A DNA stretch of 64,000 bases from contig CAWGMQ010000004.1 in assembly GCA_963823665.1 (NCBI GenBank), positions 1,760,001-1,824,000 of the forward strand, written 5' to 3'. This stretch comes from an uncultured Planctomycetota bacterium. GTDB taxonomy: Bacteria > Planctomycetota > Planctomycetia > Isosphaerales > Isosphaeraceae. The notes beneath the pieces were generated by a model. That model worked only from the letters and a program-made list of their open reading frames with translations. It searched no databases and was not told the DNA's origin. This document shows, in pieces, positions 22,107 to 33,011 of this stretch (positions are counted from its first letter, which is position 1; each line of letters starts with the position of its first letter). The translations under genes and the position numbers were made by a program.

Positions 22107-24212
22107 TCACCCCTCCACGACAGCCACGAAATCTCGTTTCAAAACATGCCGTGCCCCGTCCGTATCCGCCAGGCGCTCCGCCAGCATCTGGGTCCCCAAT
22201 TCAACCGGCAAGCACGCCGAGAATTTCAGGCCGTCAAGCGCGGTCTCGTCGATCGACGGCCGAAGCGCCTCCACCGCAATGCTCCTCAGCTCCCGGATCG
22301 CTTGTTCGGCATCTTCCAGGCTCAACGATCCATCAAATCTCAGCGCATAATTGTTCGGTCGAATCGGGCACCGAGCAGACTCCGCAAGTTTCGGAACGAG
22401 CGTCAAGTTCGCTCGAAACCCACCGAACGTCCACCACGTCAGAGTGTCATCCGGGCTCTGAACGAGCGCCGTCCGTTCAAGGTCGATCCAGGGAAAGCCA
22501 CCCCGCAGTTGCTCCATCTGCATTCCCGCCCGGCCCGACCAGGCCTGCATCGCATCGCCCGATGCCAGCACCGCCTTGATGGATTGCATCATCCTGTAGG
22601 ACAGCGGCTGAACGTCTCCCTTCCATCGCGACCGCCCTTGGTCCTCCGTGGCCTCCACAAACGCGACCCGGCGCTGCCAATCCACGTGGGTCACCCGCCA
22701 CGCTCGCCCTCCCAGCAACAGCACCCTGGGTCCCTTCGTGGTTCCCATGAACGTCATCTGGTCCACGTACCCCAATTCCTGGCGGCCATGGAGAACCGAA
22801 ATGACCGGCGGTGAGAGAAACACCGACATGATCTCGAGAAAGTGCTTCCGGCCGTACTTCGCCTCGCCCTTCTTCCCGAACCACAGGATGCCCGAATCAT
22901 CGAAAAGGATGTCTTCCCCCAGCATCCACTCGACGAGCGCCGATCGCTCGGCATCCGAGGTCTGCTGGAACCCTCGTACTCCCGAGATCCACCGAAACCA
23001 GTCGGTCCGGCCGATTCCCCTTTCCTGAAGAGCCAGCGCCATGATCTGCTGAGCCATGATGTGCATCGGCCGCGGTGGAGGCTCGATTGGCTCGACGTAG
23101 CCGGTTTCCCAGAGCGCCACAATCCCCGTCGCTTTCATCAGCGCCTCGTCATCCGTCGCGAGGAACAGGCAGTTTCGTTTGGCCCCCTCCCGGCGCCCCG
23201 TCCTTCCCATCCGCTGGAGAAAACTCGAAACCGTCGTCGGCGCATCGATCTGGATCACCCGGTCCAGATCGCCGACATCGATCCCCAGCTCGAGCACGCT
23301 CGTCGCCACGATCACGCAGTCATCGCGGTTGGCAAACGCATCCTCTGCCTGTCTCCGCGCGTCCACGCTCAACGAGCTATGCGTGACGAACGTGGTAGTG
23401 CCAAGCTGCCTCAGCTCGCTGCCCAACTGCTCAGCCTTGGCCCGGCTGTCAACAAAGACCAGCCGTTTCTCTCCTCGCCCGATGCGAGAGATCACCACGG
23501 CAGCATTAGCAATCGACGCGACGTAGTCGATCGTCACTTCGGCCGCTTGTCCTCCGCTTGCCGGAGGAAGTGCGACACCTTTGGCTCCCACACACGAGCC
23601 GGCCAGCCATTGCGCGAGCGCTTCGGGATTACCCACGGTCGCAGAAAGCCCGATCCTCTGAATCTCACGATCTGCCAGATGTGTCACGCGCTCGAGCACC
23701 GACAGCAGATGCCACCCTCGGTCGTCGCCGGCAAACGCATGAATTTCATCGACGATCACCGCGCGAACGTTCCCCAGCAGATTTCGCGAATCGACGTTCG
23801 GCGAGACCAGCATGACTTCGAGCGACTCGGGCGTGGTCAGCACGCAGTCGGGCGGTTCGCGCTGAATCCGCCTCCTCGCCCCGGCCCCGACGTCGCCGTG
23901 CCAGAGGGCCGCTCGCCTGCCGACAAGGCCGCAATACCGAGCAAGTCGAAACTCCAGGTTGTTGAGCAGCGCCTTGATCGGGCAGAGATAAAGAACGCTC
24001 AGCCCCTGCCAATCTTCCGAAAGCATCCGCGACAAAACCGGAAAAAACGCGGCTTCGGTCTTGCCCCCAGCCGTGGGCGCCAGGACGACGAGATGTTCTC
24101 CCGCCAGGATCCGCGGAATGACCGCATCTTGAAACGGCCGAAGCGAGCGCCAGCCCAGGCTATTGACAATATGGTGCTGAAGGGCAGGGTGTAGCGAATC
24201 GAAATGGCTCAC
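22107..24212 (-). CDS. brxHI: Lhr-like DEAD/DEAH helicase, BREX-2 BrxHI
   Basis: APTAGGKT, DEIH, SAT, LELGIDVGD, QRMGRTGR; last gene of the BREX-2 operon. Confidence 0.88.
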   Translation of the reverse strand: MSHFDSLHPALQHHIVNSLGWRSLRPFQDAVIPRILAGEHLVVLAPTAGGKTEAAFFPVLSRMLSEDWQGLSVLYLCPIKALLNNLEFRLARYCGLVGRRAALWHGDVGAGARRRIQREPPDCVLTTPESLEVMLVSPNVDSRNLLGNVRAVIVDEIHAFAGDDRGWHLLSVLERVTHLADREIQRIGLSATVGNPEALAQWLAGSCVGAKGVALPPASGGQAAEVTIDYVASIANAAVVISRIGRGEKRLVFVDSRAKAEQLGSELRQLGTTTFVTHSSLSVDARRQAEDAFANRDDCVIVATSVLELGIDVGDLDRVIQIDAPTTVSSFLQRMGRTGRREGAKRNCLFLATDDEALMKATGIVALWETGYVEPIEPPPRPMHIMAQQIMALALQERGIGRTDWFRWISGVRGFQQTSDAERSALVEWMLGEDILFDDSGILWFGKKGEAKYGRKHFLEIMSVFLSPPVISVLHGRQELGYVDQMTFMGTTKGPRVLLLGGRAWRVTHVDWQRRVAFVEATEDQGRSRWKGDVQPLSYRMMQSIKAVLASGDAMQAWSGRAGMQMEQLRGGFPWIDLERTALVQSPDDTLTWWTFGGFRANLTLVPKLAESARCPIRPNNYALRFDGSLSLEDAEQAIRELRSIAVEALRPSIDETALDGLKFSACLPVELGTQMLAERLADTDGARHVLKRDFVAVVEG

Positions 24213-25531
24213 AATTCCAGCTCGATTTCATCGACGTTCGAAGCCCCCGCCGCCTGCCGTTCGACCGGTAGAAGCTCCGCTTCGCTGATCGTCAGCGCGT
24301 AGTGCGCTCGCGGGTCGAAGTCTTCGAACTGGTCGATCCGGTCCAGGACGTCGGAGACCAGTTTCTTGAGGAAGATTCGGGGCGACACGCCAACTTTTCC
24401 GCCTAACTTGCCTGCCACCGCACTCGCTAGCTCGGAGACGTACTTGTCGCCGCACACATCCTTGACGCGCACCGGCGATCGGGCATGCTGACTGTAGATA
24501 TCACGAATCTTGGAGCCGACCAGACAGAGCCGCTCGAGCGTGAACGCTGGGAGTCGGATCTGCACGGCCCTCGGGTTGTCGAATCGGAAGTCGGTCTTGA
24601 AGTCAACGTGCAGCCGTTGCGCCAGCGGCTCCAGCCGCTGAACGCCCTGCGGCCCTTCAAAAAATGCAGTTGTCCCGGTAATCATCAGGTACAAGCCGGG
24701 AAATCGACCGGAGTCAATCTCGTCGATGAGCTGCCGCAGCGCGTTGAGGCTCTTGTCGCGCACGTCGCTCCGCACCCGTTGAATCGTCTCGACCTCGTCC
24801 AGGACGATCAGCATCCCGACGTGGCCCGAATCGCGAAGAATCGCCAGAATTCCTTGCAGGAAATTGAGCGCACCGAAATGATCGATGTCCCCTTTCAATC
24901 CGGCGAATCGCTTGGCTTCCGCCGCCACGTTGGGCCCGCCCGAGAGCCAGGCGAGCAGCCCCTCGGCGATGTCTTGCCGGCCGTCGATCTGAGCCTGCCG
25001 ATACCCGCGCAAGGCCGCGCTGAAAGTCGGCGCGGTGCGGGCCACGGCCGCCAGCCTACGCTCGAGCAATTCGTTGCTGCTCTTGAGTAATACCTGCGCA
25101 TCGTTCGGGTCAACCGAGCCGCCGGCGAGCACATCTTCTTCGAGCGTGAAGATCCAGCTATCGACGATGTTCCGCAGTGCCCCCTGCGGTGTATCTTTCG
25201 TCGCGAGCCGTTCATTCAACCGGCGGTAGACGGTCTCCAGACGGTGCAGGGGGGTCTCGGCCTCGGAAATCTGCACCTCGGAGGACGCAAATCCCATTCT
25301 CCGGGCGCGATCGGCCAGCCAGCGAGCGAAGAACGTCTTGCCGCAGCCGTATTCACCTCGAACCGCCTTGAATACGCTGCCGCCGGATGCGACCTTCTTC
25401 AGCTCGTCGTCGAGCGCAGCTTCAAAACGGTCGAGGCCCACCGCAAAGGCGTCGAGGCTGCTCTGCGGGACCGTGCCCCGCCGCAGGGCGTCGACAATCT
25501 GTTCTCGCCTTTCCGGGCTGATCGTGGGCAC
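24209..25531 (-). CDS. brxD: BREX ATP-binding protein BrxD
   Basis: DALRRGTVP, GEYGCGKT Walker A, LDEVE Walker B, DNPRAVQIRL; downstream of pglZ. Confidence 0.9.
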   Translation of the reverse strand: MPTISPERREQIVDALRRGTVPQSSLDAFAVGLDRFEAALDDELKKVASGGSVFKAVRGEYGCGKTFFARWLADRARRMGFASSEVQISEAETPLHRLETVYRRLNERLATKDTPQGALRNIVDSWIFTLEEDVLAGGSVDPNDAQVLLKSSNELLERRLAAVARTAPTFSAALRGYRQAQIDGRQDIAEGLLAWLSGGPNVAAEAKRFAGLKGDIDHFGALNFLQGILAILRDSGHVGMLIVLDEVETIQRVRSDVRDKSLNALRQLIDEIDSGRFPGLYLMITGTTAFFEGPQGVQRLEPLAQRLHVDFKTDFRFDNPRAVQIRLPAFTLERLCLVGSKIRDIYSQHARSPVRVKDVCGDKYVSELASAVAGKLGGKVGVSPRIFLKKLVSDVLDRIDQFEDFDPRAHYALTISEAELLPVERQAAGASNVDEIELEL

Positions 25532-25537
25532 TACTTG

Positions 25538-28237
25538 TCACCTCAGCTCAAACTGCCGCTTCAGAAGCTCTCGGTTCAGCTCGACGGTGTCGGAGGCATC
25601 GTCTCTCGTCAGGACCGCGAACCCGTCAATGTTCAGAACGCGCTGCATCACGGCCAGGAGCCCGCGCAGCCGCATGGGTGGATAATTGACCGACCGTGCC
25701 AGCGCCGACGACGTCAATTTTCCGCCGCGCCCGTCCAGGACCGTGAGCACGTCTCGCAAGACCCCTTCGGGCGGCAGGAATCGGCCCGAGAGACTCTTCT
25801 GCTCCTGGAAGATCGGAGACTCGAAGAGCTTCGCCACCAGCTCGGACCCGGCCGCCCCACCGCCGGTCGGTCCTCGAGCGCCGCGAATCTGCTCGGGTCC
25901 GTCGAAAAGCGGCATCGATTCCTTCGGCTTGGCCGGCTTCGGCCGGGGTCTGCTGCTGACCGGCCTTGCCACGACGTTCCCATCTTCGTCCCACCAGGAC
26001 GGCATGTCCACCGCGACTTCGGCCCAGCCGTCGGGAATGGGCTCAGCCGGGGAAAACACGGCGATCGGCACCACCATTTCCTGGGGAGAGACGCCCCCGT
26101 GATAGCCGTTTTTCTTGATCCCATACCGGATGTTCTCGGACCAGGGCGCGAGCAAGCATTTCGACTCGGGTATGACCACCCGAAGCCCGCTCACACGCAG
26201 CTCGCCCTGGCCGGGGGATGCATCCGTGGCAACCCGCCAGCGCTCTCCTCCCTCACCCGCGGTGAATACCGAGCCCGAGTCGAGCACGTGGCCGTGGTCG
26301 CTTGTGATCACGACCAGACGTTTCCAGTACTTGGCTTCATGAAGAAGCGCCGGAAGCACCGGGATCGTGCCGCGAGACCAGGCGGTGTCGAGCTGTTCCC
26401 CCTTCAGCAAGTTATCGTCAACGGCATTGATGACCACGCCCACGATCCGCCGATCCGGGGATGCGATCGCCTCGCGGACGTCCCCGGCGAGAACCGAACC
26501 CGCCTCATCGCGCAGCGCCGACTTGTGAAAAAGAACCGGCGGAGGCCCGCCCTTGCAGCAGGCCAGAAGCGCGGGGTGCGTCTCGAAGCCAGCCTGCTCA
26601 TCGGCCGACGATCCTTGCCGCAGCCGCCCGCAGAAAAGGCTGGTGCGCGAAACCTCGGTCACGGAAGGTATCGTCGCGAGCCCCGCCGAAACCAGCGTCT
26701 CTTTTCCAGCTCGATTGAGCGGAATCCAATCCTGGCCCAGCAGGTCTGGTAGGAGCTCGCGGCCGACGGCCACGCTCAGGGCATCGATGATGATCAGCAA
26801 GACCGGGCCGTGCGCGGCAAGGGGCGCGACGACCTCATCCAGGAGCCGCTCGACCGGAAGCAGCCCCTGGTGCGGCGAATTCAAGCCCGTCGACGTGCGG
26901 AGCAGCTCCGCGAATTTCTGCGACCGAGCTTCTTGCACTTCGGTGACCCGCGCGAAGAGCTTTGCATAGGCCTCGGAGAGCTCGCGGACCGGGTCGCCCG
27001 TGCGGAGCGTGAGCCTCGCCCGATCGACAAACCCCCCGTCAGCCAGATAACCATCCGATGCCTCGACCAGCGAGCGCGGCTCACCACGACCGTTTGTGTC
27101 TGCTTGAGACAGCCACCGCACCAGCCGGACGGCCATGTCGACACGTTCGAGTCGCCTGCGCTCTCCCTTCGCCAGCTCATGATCGGCGATCTCCGCCCGG
27201 GCTTCCATCAAGTCCGTAACCGCGGCGCCCCCCTTGGCATCGAGAGCGCGTGTCAGAGTTGTTCCGAACCGCTCCAGCCGCTGCGCGAAACCCAGCGGCG
27301 AGGTCGAGCTTAGATACGCGAACGCACCGGCATCAAGCGAGAGTAAGATCTCGTCGGCCCGATGGACCAGAGCACCCTTCGATCTGGCGTCGCTGAGCTG
27401 CAGGCGAACGACCTCCGTCGCAACCGCATTCCAGCGCTCGATCGTGGCCTGATCAGGAGTCGATCGACCGAGGTATCGCTCTTCCATCCTGCCCGCGGCC
27501 TTCTCCAGCTTCCCCTTCGCCTTTGCGCTATGGATCACTCCGGCCGCGAGCCCGATCGGTACGGCATCGGGCTTTTGATTGGCCGCGATGCACTGGAAAA
27601 CCGCGGTGGCCGTTTGGCCGGCGGTCTCGGCGAGCCACGCGATTGCCGCGTCGCGGAACTCTTGCGAGGCGCCCTGGTAGCGGGCGACCGCGGAGGCGTC
27701 GATCGACCACCGGAGGATCGCCGCCAGATCGGGCCGCTCGCCGCCGAGTTCGATCACTCGCTCGAGCAGGATCGGCCAGACGGTCTCCGCGTCCAGAAAG
27801 CCGCCCGCGACGGCCGGATAACCCCCTTCGGGATTCAGCTCCATCAAGGAGTCAGCAATCCACGGATGCCGCGTGAGCCGAGGGTCAACCGCGTGGGCCT
27901 GAAACAGCGACTTGACGATCTGCCACGAGTCGACCGGGAACAACCGCCGCTTGGTGAGCCTGACGAGAATGTCGTCGCTGAGCTGACTATCCTCCAGGCT
28001 CGTGATCAAGACTTTAGTTGCCGTCAGCGAGTCCTCGGCCTTGAGAGCAATTCGCAGCGCCAGCGGCGAATCGCATTGCTCGATTACATAGACATCATCA
28101 CCATGCTGCTTGATACGTGCACCCGTCCACCGCCCCGGCGCACGGATGCCAATCACTCGCGCCTCCGGAACTTTCTTCCGGATGGCCGCCACCTGGGCCC
28201 GGATCTGACTGAATGTGGGGGCGGTTGCTACGCTCAC
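25538..28237 (-). CDS. pglZ: BREX-2 PglZ (alkaline-phosphatase-fold phosphodiesterase)
   Basis: LIIIDALS, PSVTEVSRTSL, VINAVDD, TSDHGH, GYHGG motifs. Confidence 0.92.
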   Translation of the reverse strand: MSVATAPTFSQIRAQVAAIRKKVPEARVIGIRAPGRWTGARIKQHGDDVYVIEQCDSPLALRIALKAEDSLTATKVLITSLEDSQLSDDILVRLTKRRLFPVDSWQIVKSLFQAHAVDPRLTRHPWIADSLMELNPEGGYPAVAGGFLDAETVWPILLERVIELGGERPDLAAILRWSIDASAVARYQGASQEFRDAAIAWLAETAGQTATAVFQCIAANQKPDAVPIGLAAGVIHSAKAKGKLEKAAGRMEERYLGRSTPDQATIERWNAVATEVVRLQLSDARSKGALVHRADEILLSLDAGAFAYLSSTSPLGFAQRLERFGTTLTRALDAKGGAAVTDLMEARAEIADHELAKGERRRLERVDMAVRLVRWLSQADTNGRGEPRSLVEASDGYLADGGFVDRARLTLRTGDPVRELSEAYAKLFARVTEVQEARSQKFAELLRTSTGLNSPHQGLLPVERLLDEVVAPLAAHGPVLLIIIDALSVAVGRELLPDLLGQDWIPLNRAGKETLVSAGLATIPSVTEVSRTSLFCGRLRQGSSADEQAGFETHPALLACCKGGPPPVLFHKSALRDEAGSVLAGDVREAIASPDRRIVGVVINAVDDNLLKGEQLDTAWSRGTIPVLPALLHEAKYWKRLVVITSDHGHVLDSGSVFTAGEGGERWRVATDASPGQGELRVSGLRVVIPESKCLLAPWSENIRYGIKKNGYHGGVSPQEMVVPIAVFSPAEPIPDGWAEVAVDMPSWWDEDGNVVARPVSSRPRPKPAKPKESMPLFDGPEQIRGARGPTGGGAAGSELVAKLFESPIFQEQKSLSGRFLPPEGVLRDVLTVLDGRGGKLTSSALARSVNYPPMRLRGLLAVMQRVLNIDGFAVLTRDDASDTVELNRELLKRQFELR

Positions 28238-31200
28238 GACTTTGTTTCTTCTTCAATTCGCCACGAGATTGTCAGCTTCACGCGCCGCCGCTCATCCATC
28301 TGCTTCGCCAACTCGTCGAGCTTCGCTCGCGCAGCAGGTACCTTTTGCAACTCCGCAGTTCCCTCGTCAATTAATCTCCAGCCGGGCGGGGGCGGGGGGG
28401 GCGGGGGAGGGGGTGGCAGAGGTGGAGGCACCGTCAAAAGCCGCACCGCCTTCGACTGCGCCGCCTTGAGCGCCGTGGCGAGCCCTTTCACATGCTCATC
28501 GCAACGAAGGCCCTCGGTAACTGCAGTGCGAATCTCGTTCGCGGCAGTCTTCCGTGAGTCAGTGAGTCCCGCAATCGCTTCGAAGATCTCCCAGTTCGTT
28601 CCTTCAATCGTCCCAACGAGCGCCTGCGCACTCGTCCGGCACTCGCCCATGGCCGATTCGCTGGTAGCAACCTCGGCCGAAGCCAGCGCACCCACGACCG
28701 AGCCGTCTGCGGACTGATTCAGCTTCTCGAGAAGCTGCATCGTCGCGGTGGCCGTCTTGAGACGATCCGATTCGGCGTCGGGTATCCCGAGCTTTGCCAC
28801 GCGTTCCCGGAGTTTCTGGCAAAACGTCTGGCAATGTTGCCGCCCATCGCTTGCCTTGCTCTTGACCTGAGTGACAAGCGACGCGACGTTGCTCGCGCTC
28901 AGGTGCGGCGAGACCGCCAAGCCGAAGATCGAGGCCGCGCGATCAATCGCGCGCTTCCACAGATCGGGAGGTGGCAATTCTACGGGCTGAAGAATGCACA
29001 GGTCCGGCAGGTTCCCGATTGATGCCTCGAAGGCGGCCCCGTGCAGGAAGAATGAAAGGGTCGCCTGGAGCGCATGGGTCAGAATGACGAGATTCTCCGC
29101 CTCTTTCGGCAGCCCCATGGGCTTGGGCTCGTTCATCCACCGGCGCAGATCGCGGACATCGGGCGCTCCCCCTTTCTCGGCGATTTTCCTCGTGAAGTGG
29201 TGCTTCCAGTGCTGGCCGATCACGAAATGCGTCTTATCCAGACCCATTTCACCCAGCTTGAGCGGATTGGCGATCGCGCGAATGAGCGGCCGAAGCGTCT
29301 TGTCGACCGGGGCCCGGTCGTCCGAGGCCTGCGCCGCGACGCCCGTGACCTCGAACACCTTCTTCAAATGGCTGCTCTTGATCTCGGCCTCGAACATCGG
29401 GGCCGCCGGGTAGTCGTGCTCGAGGGCCTGGCTCAACAGGTTGATCATCGCCCCGCCCAGGCTCGCGGCAACCGGCGGCCTTAGCTCGAAGCCCGGCCAG
29501 AGTGAGACAAATCGCTCGGAGGGCTCCAGCTCGTGCACGGTATCAAGTGAGCCGGGCACCAGCGGGTCCAGCCCGTACGCCGCATCCACGTGACTTTTGA
29601 CCCGCTCGCGCAACACGCTGCGCTGATTTTCCAGCAGTGACTTCGCCGACAGCCGGTCCTGCGCCGAGAGATTGCTCGCATACTGGCCGAACCGCTCCCC
29701 GGTCAGGATGTGCTCGATCACGACCAGCAGGCCGAGGTCTTTCCGCGCGTCGTTACTGAAAAACGCGGGCACCCAGCAAATCGTCCTGGCCCCCTTGGCA
29801 TGCGAGTCCTTGAACGCCTGCAGCTTGCTCAGATCGTCCCTGGGCCCGTGGCCGGCCTCGTCGAACGGAAAGTCGATTACCAGCTTCCACGCCTCGCCTG
29901 TGTTCTCAAGCGACGAATCGGGCAGGTCGCGGATGTTCTTGAATAGCACTGTGCAAAACCGCTCGGTGTTCCGCCACCGCAGGTCGTACGACTGCTCGAG
30001 CTGACCCTCGCGCTGCACCACGCCGGCCTGCTCGAAAAGCATCTGCCGCACCCGCTGCACCCGGTTTCCCAGCCGGTCTTCGCCCTCGGCCTGCTTGATG
30101 ATGCTCTCGGTGTCTACCCCCGAAAGCTGGATCGAGATCGTCGGATTCGTCTCTTCCCCGATCCGGATCTCGCCCACGCTCGCCGCCCATGCGCGGCAGC
30201 GCCCGAGCACTTCCTGACCCTCTTTGCCCTCGATCGGTGTTTTGATCGTGCCGTGATTGAGGGCCGCCAGCCGTTCCGCCGTCAGCGACCGCAGCGATTC
30301 GACCTCCGGCACCAGCGCCGAAAGCAACAGCGTCTTGATCAGCCGGTCGTTGGTGCGGAAGTCTCTTCGCCTTTGATCGCGCTCGGCCAGACCTTCGATC
30401 TCCTCCCGGCGCCCGTGCTTTTTTTCCAGGAGCGGAAGCAGCTTCTGGTGATAGAGCCGCTTGGCGTTGTCGAAGTGGATGGCCATTTCCTGGCTGAAGG
30501 CCTCGTCGGCCCCGGCGATCACGTCGTAGAGGTCACCCACCGGAACGATATCACCGACCTTGAGCGTCTCGCGCCCGTCGACCAGAAGCTGCATCATCAC
30601 CTTGAGCGCAGTCCGCTCGCGCTGGAGCACGCTCGAGACCGCGATCAGCGTCTGCACGAGTGCCGGGCTGAACGGGTACACCTTGCGAAACATCGCCCGG
30701 TCACCCTCGTGTGTGAGCAGGATGTTCATCACCGCTTCGCGGATTTGCTTCGTCTGATCGAAGGCCGCATCAAGCTCGTGGCGGGCGCCCTCGGTCTTGA
30801 CCTTGAGCACACGCTTCTCGGCAATGGCCGGCAGATTGCGGTCTTCAAGCGTGATCTTGTGGAACCGGCCCTCCCAATGCTTGAGCGCGTCGCTGAAATT
30901 CAGCCGGTCTGCTCCTGGCACGGCATCGCCGATCAGCTCGCTCAAGTCTCGCTGGCGAGCGACGAAGCTGATGACGGGAATCGGCCGGTCGGGTGTTTGC
31001 GCCTCGACGAGCTTCGCCAGTTTCTGCCCTTCCTGATGCACAAATCGCAGGTCGGCCGCGCGGCTGGCGAGCCAGAGCACCAGCTCGTCAAGGAAGAGAA
31101 TCAAGGCATCATAGCCCAGCCCCGCCGCGTGTTTGCTAAGAACGGAGAGCCCCTTGTCGAGCGAGAGAAACGCCTCGCCGTGGGCGCCGGCTTGCGTGTC

Positions 31201-31884
31201 ATACGAGCCGAAGAATTTGCCGATCAGTGTGCTGATGAGCTGCGAGCGCTCCTCGGAGCCGGGCAGGGCGACCGTCGCGGTCTCGAAGCGCTCCGCATCC
31301 CACGCCCGATCGACGTCGCCGAACTCGCTGTCAACGGACGCTCCTTCGCCAAGAGCCTCGAAGAACCGCTCGTCCCCCATTTGCTTGCGCAGGTTCTCAG
31401 CGTCGCGGAACAACCCTTCGGCGAGATAAACGCCAGGAATCGGGGCATCGGGATGCGTGCGGCGGATGAAGTCGACGTACCCGCCCAGGATGCCCGACTC
31501 CATGTCGTGCGACCCGATCATGTGATAGGGCACAAGCAGGAACTTCTTGCCGGTGATCCAGTCGTTGTGCCGGGTGATGACCGAGGCCAGCTCGGGAATC
31601 CCTCGCGCCGCGATGTTGCCTCCGAGGATGAGGTGCAGCACCGCCATGAAATGGCTCTTGCCGCTGCCGAAACTGCCGTGCAGGTAGCTCGCCTTGCTCG
31701 TCTTGGACTGGAGAGCCCCTTTGATGAAGCTCAAGGCATCGTCGTAGCAGCCCTTCAGCTCGGGCGTGACCACATATTCGCGCAGTGTCTCTTCGGGCCG
31801 GGTGACACCTTCCGCCAGCCGAAGCACAAAGCTCCCCTGTTCGACGTGCTCGGGAATCTCGATGAGGTCTTTGAGAAGGGTCAT
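28234..31884 (-). CDS. pglY: BREX-2 ATPase PglY
   Basis: TLLKDLIEIPE, YLHGSFGSGKSHFMAVL, LFLDELVLWL, YPFSPALV, LAALNHG. Confidence 0.92.
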   Translation of the reverse strand: MTLLKDLIEIPEHVEQGSFVLRLAEGVTRPEETLREYVVTPELKGCYDDALSFIKGALQSKTSKASYLHGSFGSGKSHFMAVLHLILGGNIAARGIPELASVITRHNDWITGKKFLLVPYHMIGSHDMESGILGGYVDFIRRTHPDAPIPGVYLAEGLFRDAENLRKQMGDERFFEALGEGASVDSEFGDVDRAWDAERFETATVALPGSEERSQLISTLIGKFFGSYDTQAGAHGEAFLSLDKGLSVLSKHAAGLGYDALILFLDELVLWLASRAADLRFVHQEGQKLAKLVEAQTPDRPIPVISFVARQRDLSELIGDAVPGADRLNFSDALKHWEGRFHKITLEDRNLPAIAEKRVLKVKTEGARHELDAAFDQTKQIREAVMNILLTHEGDRAMFRKVYPFSPALVQTLIAVSSVLQRERTALKVMMQLLVDGRETLKVGDIVPVGDLYDVIAGADEAFSQEMAIHFDNAKRLYHQKLLPLLEKKHGRREEIEGLAERDQRRRDFRTNDRLIKTLLLSALVPEVESLRSLTAERLAALNHGTIKTPIEGKEGQEVLGRCRAWAASVGEIRIGEETNPTISIQLSGVDTESIIKQAEGEDRLGNRVQRVRQMLFEQAGVVQREGQLEQSYDLRWRNTERFCTVLFKNIRDLPDSSLENTGEAWKLVIDFPFDEAGHGPRDDLSKLQAFKDSHAKGARTICWVPAFFSNDARKDLGLLVVIEHILTGERFGQYASNLSAQDRLSAKSLLENQRSVLRERVKSHVDAAYGLDPLVPGSLDTVHELEPSERFVSLWPGFELRPPVAASLGGAMINLLSQALEHDYPAAPMFEAEIKSSHLKKVFEVTGVAAQASDDRAPVDKTLRPLIRAIANPLKLGEMGLDKTHFVIGQHWKHHFTRKIAEKGGAPDVRDLRRWMNEPKPMGLPKEAENLVILTHALQATLSFFLHGAAFEASIGNLPDLCILQPVELPPPDLWKRAIDRAASIFGLAVSPHLSASNVASLVTQVKSKASDGRQHCQTFCQKLRERVAKLGIPDAESDRLKTATATMQLLEKLNQSADGSVVGALASAEVATSESAMGECRTSAQALVGTIEGTNWEIFEAIAGLTDSRKTAANEIRTAVTEGLRCDEHVKGLATALKAAQSKAVRLLTVPPPLPPPPPPPPPPPGWRLIDEGTAELQKVPAARAKLDELAKQMDERRRVKLTISWRIEEETKS

Positions 31885-32114
31885 GTGGGAGACCGCGAAG
31901 AGAGATTTAGGTTAACTCAAAATCATACATGTAGGACAGTCGCCCCGGGCTGCCATCTCTCGGAGGTCCAATCAGGGACCGCTTGCCACCGATCCGGTTT
32001 AACGGCGTACCTTGGTATCAGGCTTCGATGGTCACCATTGTACGATGATACGCGAATGCGTTGGCGGAAGCACGGGGCACGGGGTGCATTTCTTCTGGAA
32101 TCCAGCCGTGCGGC

Positions 32115-33011
32115 TCACGCCCCGCGAGATCGTGTTGATTTTGTTCCCAAGAGCTTCACGCAAGCCTCGGCGATTTCTTCGGCACGGGCTTGGTCGGTGC
32201 GGTACAGCCGCTCGAACGATCGCAAGCAGTTCGTAAATGGGGCGTGGGGAGACGTGAGCGCTTCGATCGCCTTCCCGTGTTTCTCGCGTCGATGAACCGT
32301 CTTCGCTGTGGCGTGTCCCTCGAGCTCGAGGAACAACAACCGCACCAGTGCTGCACGCTCCTTGAACAGCGGCTTCCGACCCGAACTGTCGTCGAGGCGG
32401 AACAGTTCAATGGTGACCAGCGCACGGCGATGCTTGAAACCGCTCGCCGATCTCGGCACGGGGGACAACGCTTCGAACTCGATGAGCTCCTCAGGGTCCA
32501 CGTCAGTCACCCCGATCGGGTAGATCAGCAGCGATTTCTCGCCGTCCATCTGGGCCGGATCCGTCGCCGCCGTATCGCGCGTACCCTCGATGGGGAAGTA
32601 GTTCTTCTTCAAGGTCGAGTTGCAGGTCTTGCAGGACATCGCGTAGTTGAACGGCGAATAGGCCAACTGTGAATAGCCTGGCTCGGATGAGCCGTCGGCC
32701 GGCTGTTGAACCGTGACTCCTTCGGCCAAAAGCTGTGACGGAACGGTCCAGGGCTTCACTTCGGCTTTCGGGCGGAAGTGCTCGACGTCTTGCTCGATCT
32801 TTCCCTCGAGCGGCTTCTCGCAGAAGCAGCACTTCGAGTTCTGCATCTCGATATAAATGCCCTTGATCTTGCTCCAGAGCGGTTTGAAATCCGAGCTCTC
32901 CGGCGGGCTCGGAAGTCTGGCGATCACAGCAGCCGTGTTGGTAAACCATTTCTTATCCACCTCAGTGATTGCAGAGCGTAGCTCCGCTTCAGAAACAGCG
33001 TACCGAATCAC
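32115..33011 (-). CDS. HNH endonuclease (Septu PtuB-like)
   Basis: KCCFCE...VEHFRPK...LAY...NYAMSCKTCN...K.NYFP...LLIYP; start overlaps the ATPase stop. Confidence 0.82.
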   Translation of the reverse strand: MIRYAVSEAELRSAITEVDKKWFTNTAAVIARLPSPPESSDFKPLWSKIKGIYIEMQNSKCCFCEKPLEGKIEQDVEHFRPKAEVKPWTVPSQLLAEGVTVQQPADGSSEPGYSQLAYSPFNYAMSCKTCNSTLKKNYFPIEGTRDTAATDPAQMDGEKSLLIYPIGVTDVDPEELIEFEALSPVPRSASGFKHRRALVTIELFRLDDSSGRKPLFKERAALVRLLFLELEGHATAKTVHRREKHGKAIEALTSPHAPFTNCLRSFERLYRTDQARAEEIAEACVKLLGTKSTRSRGA

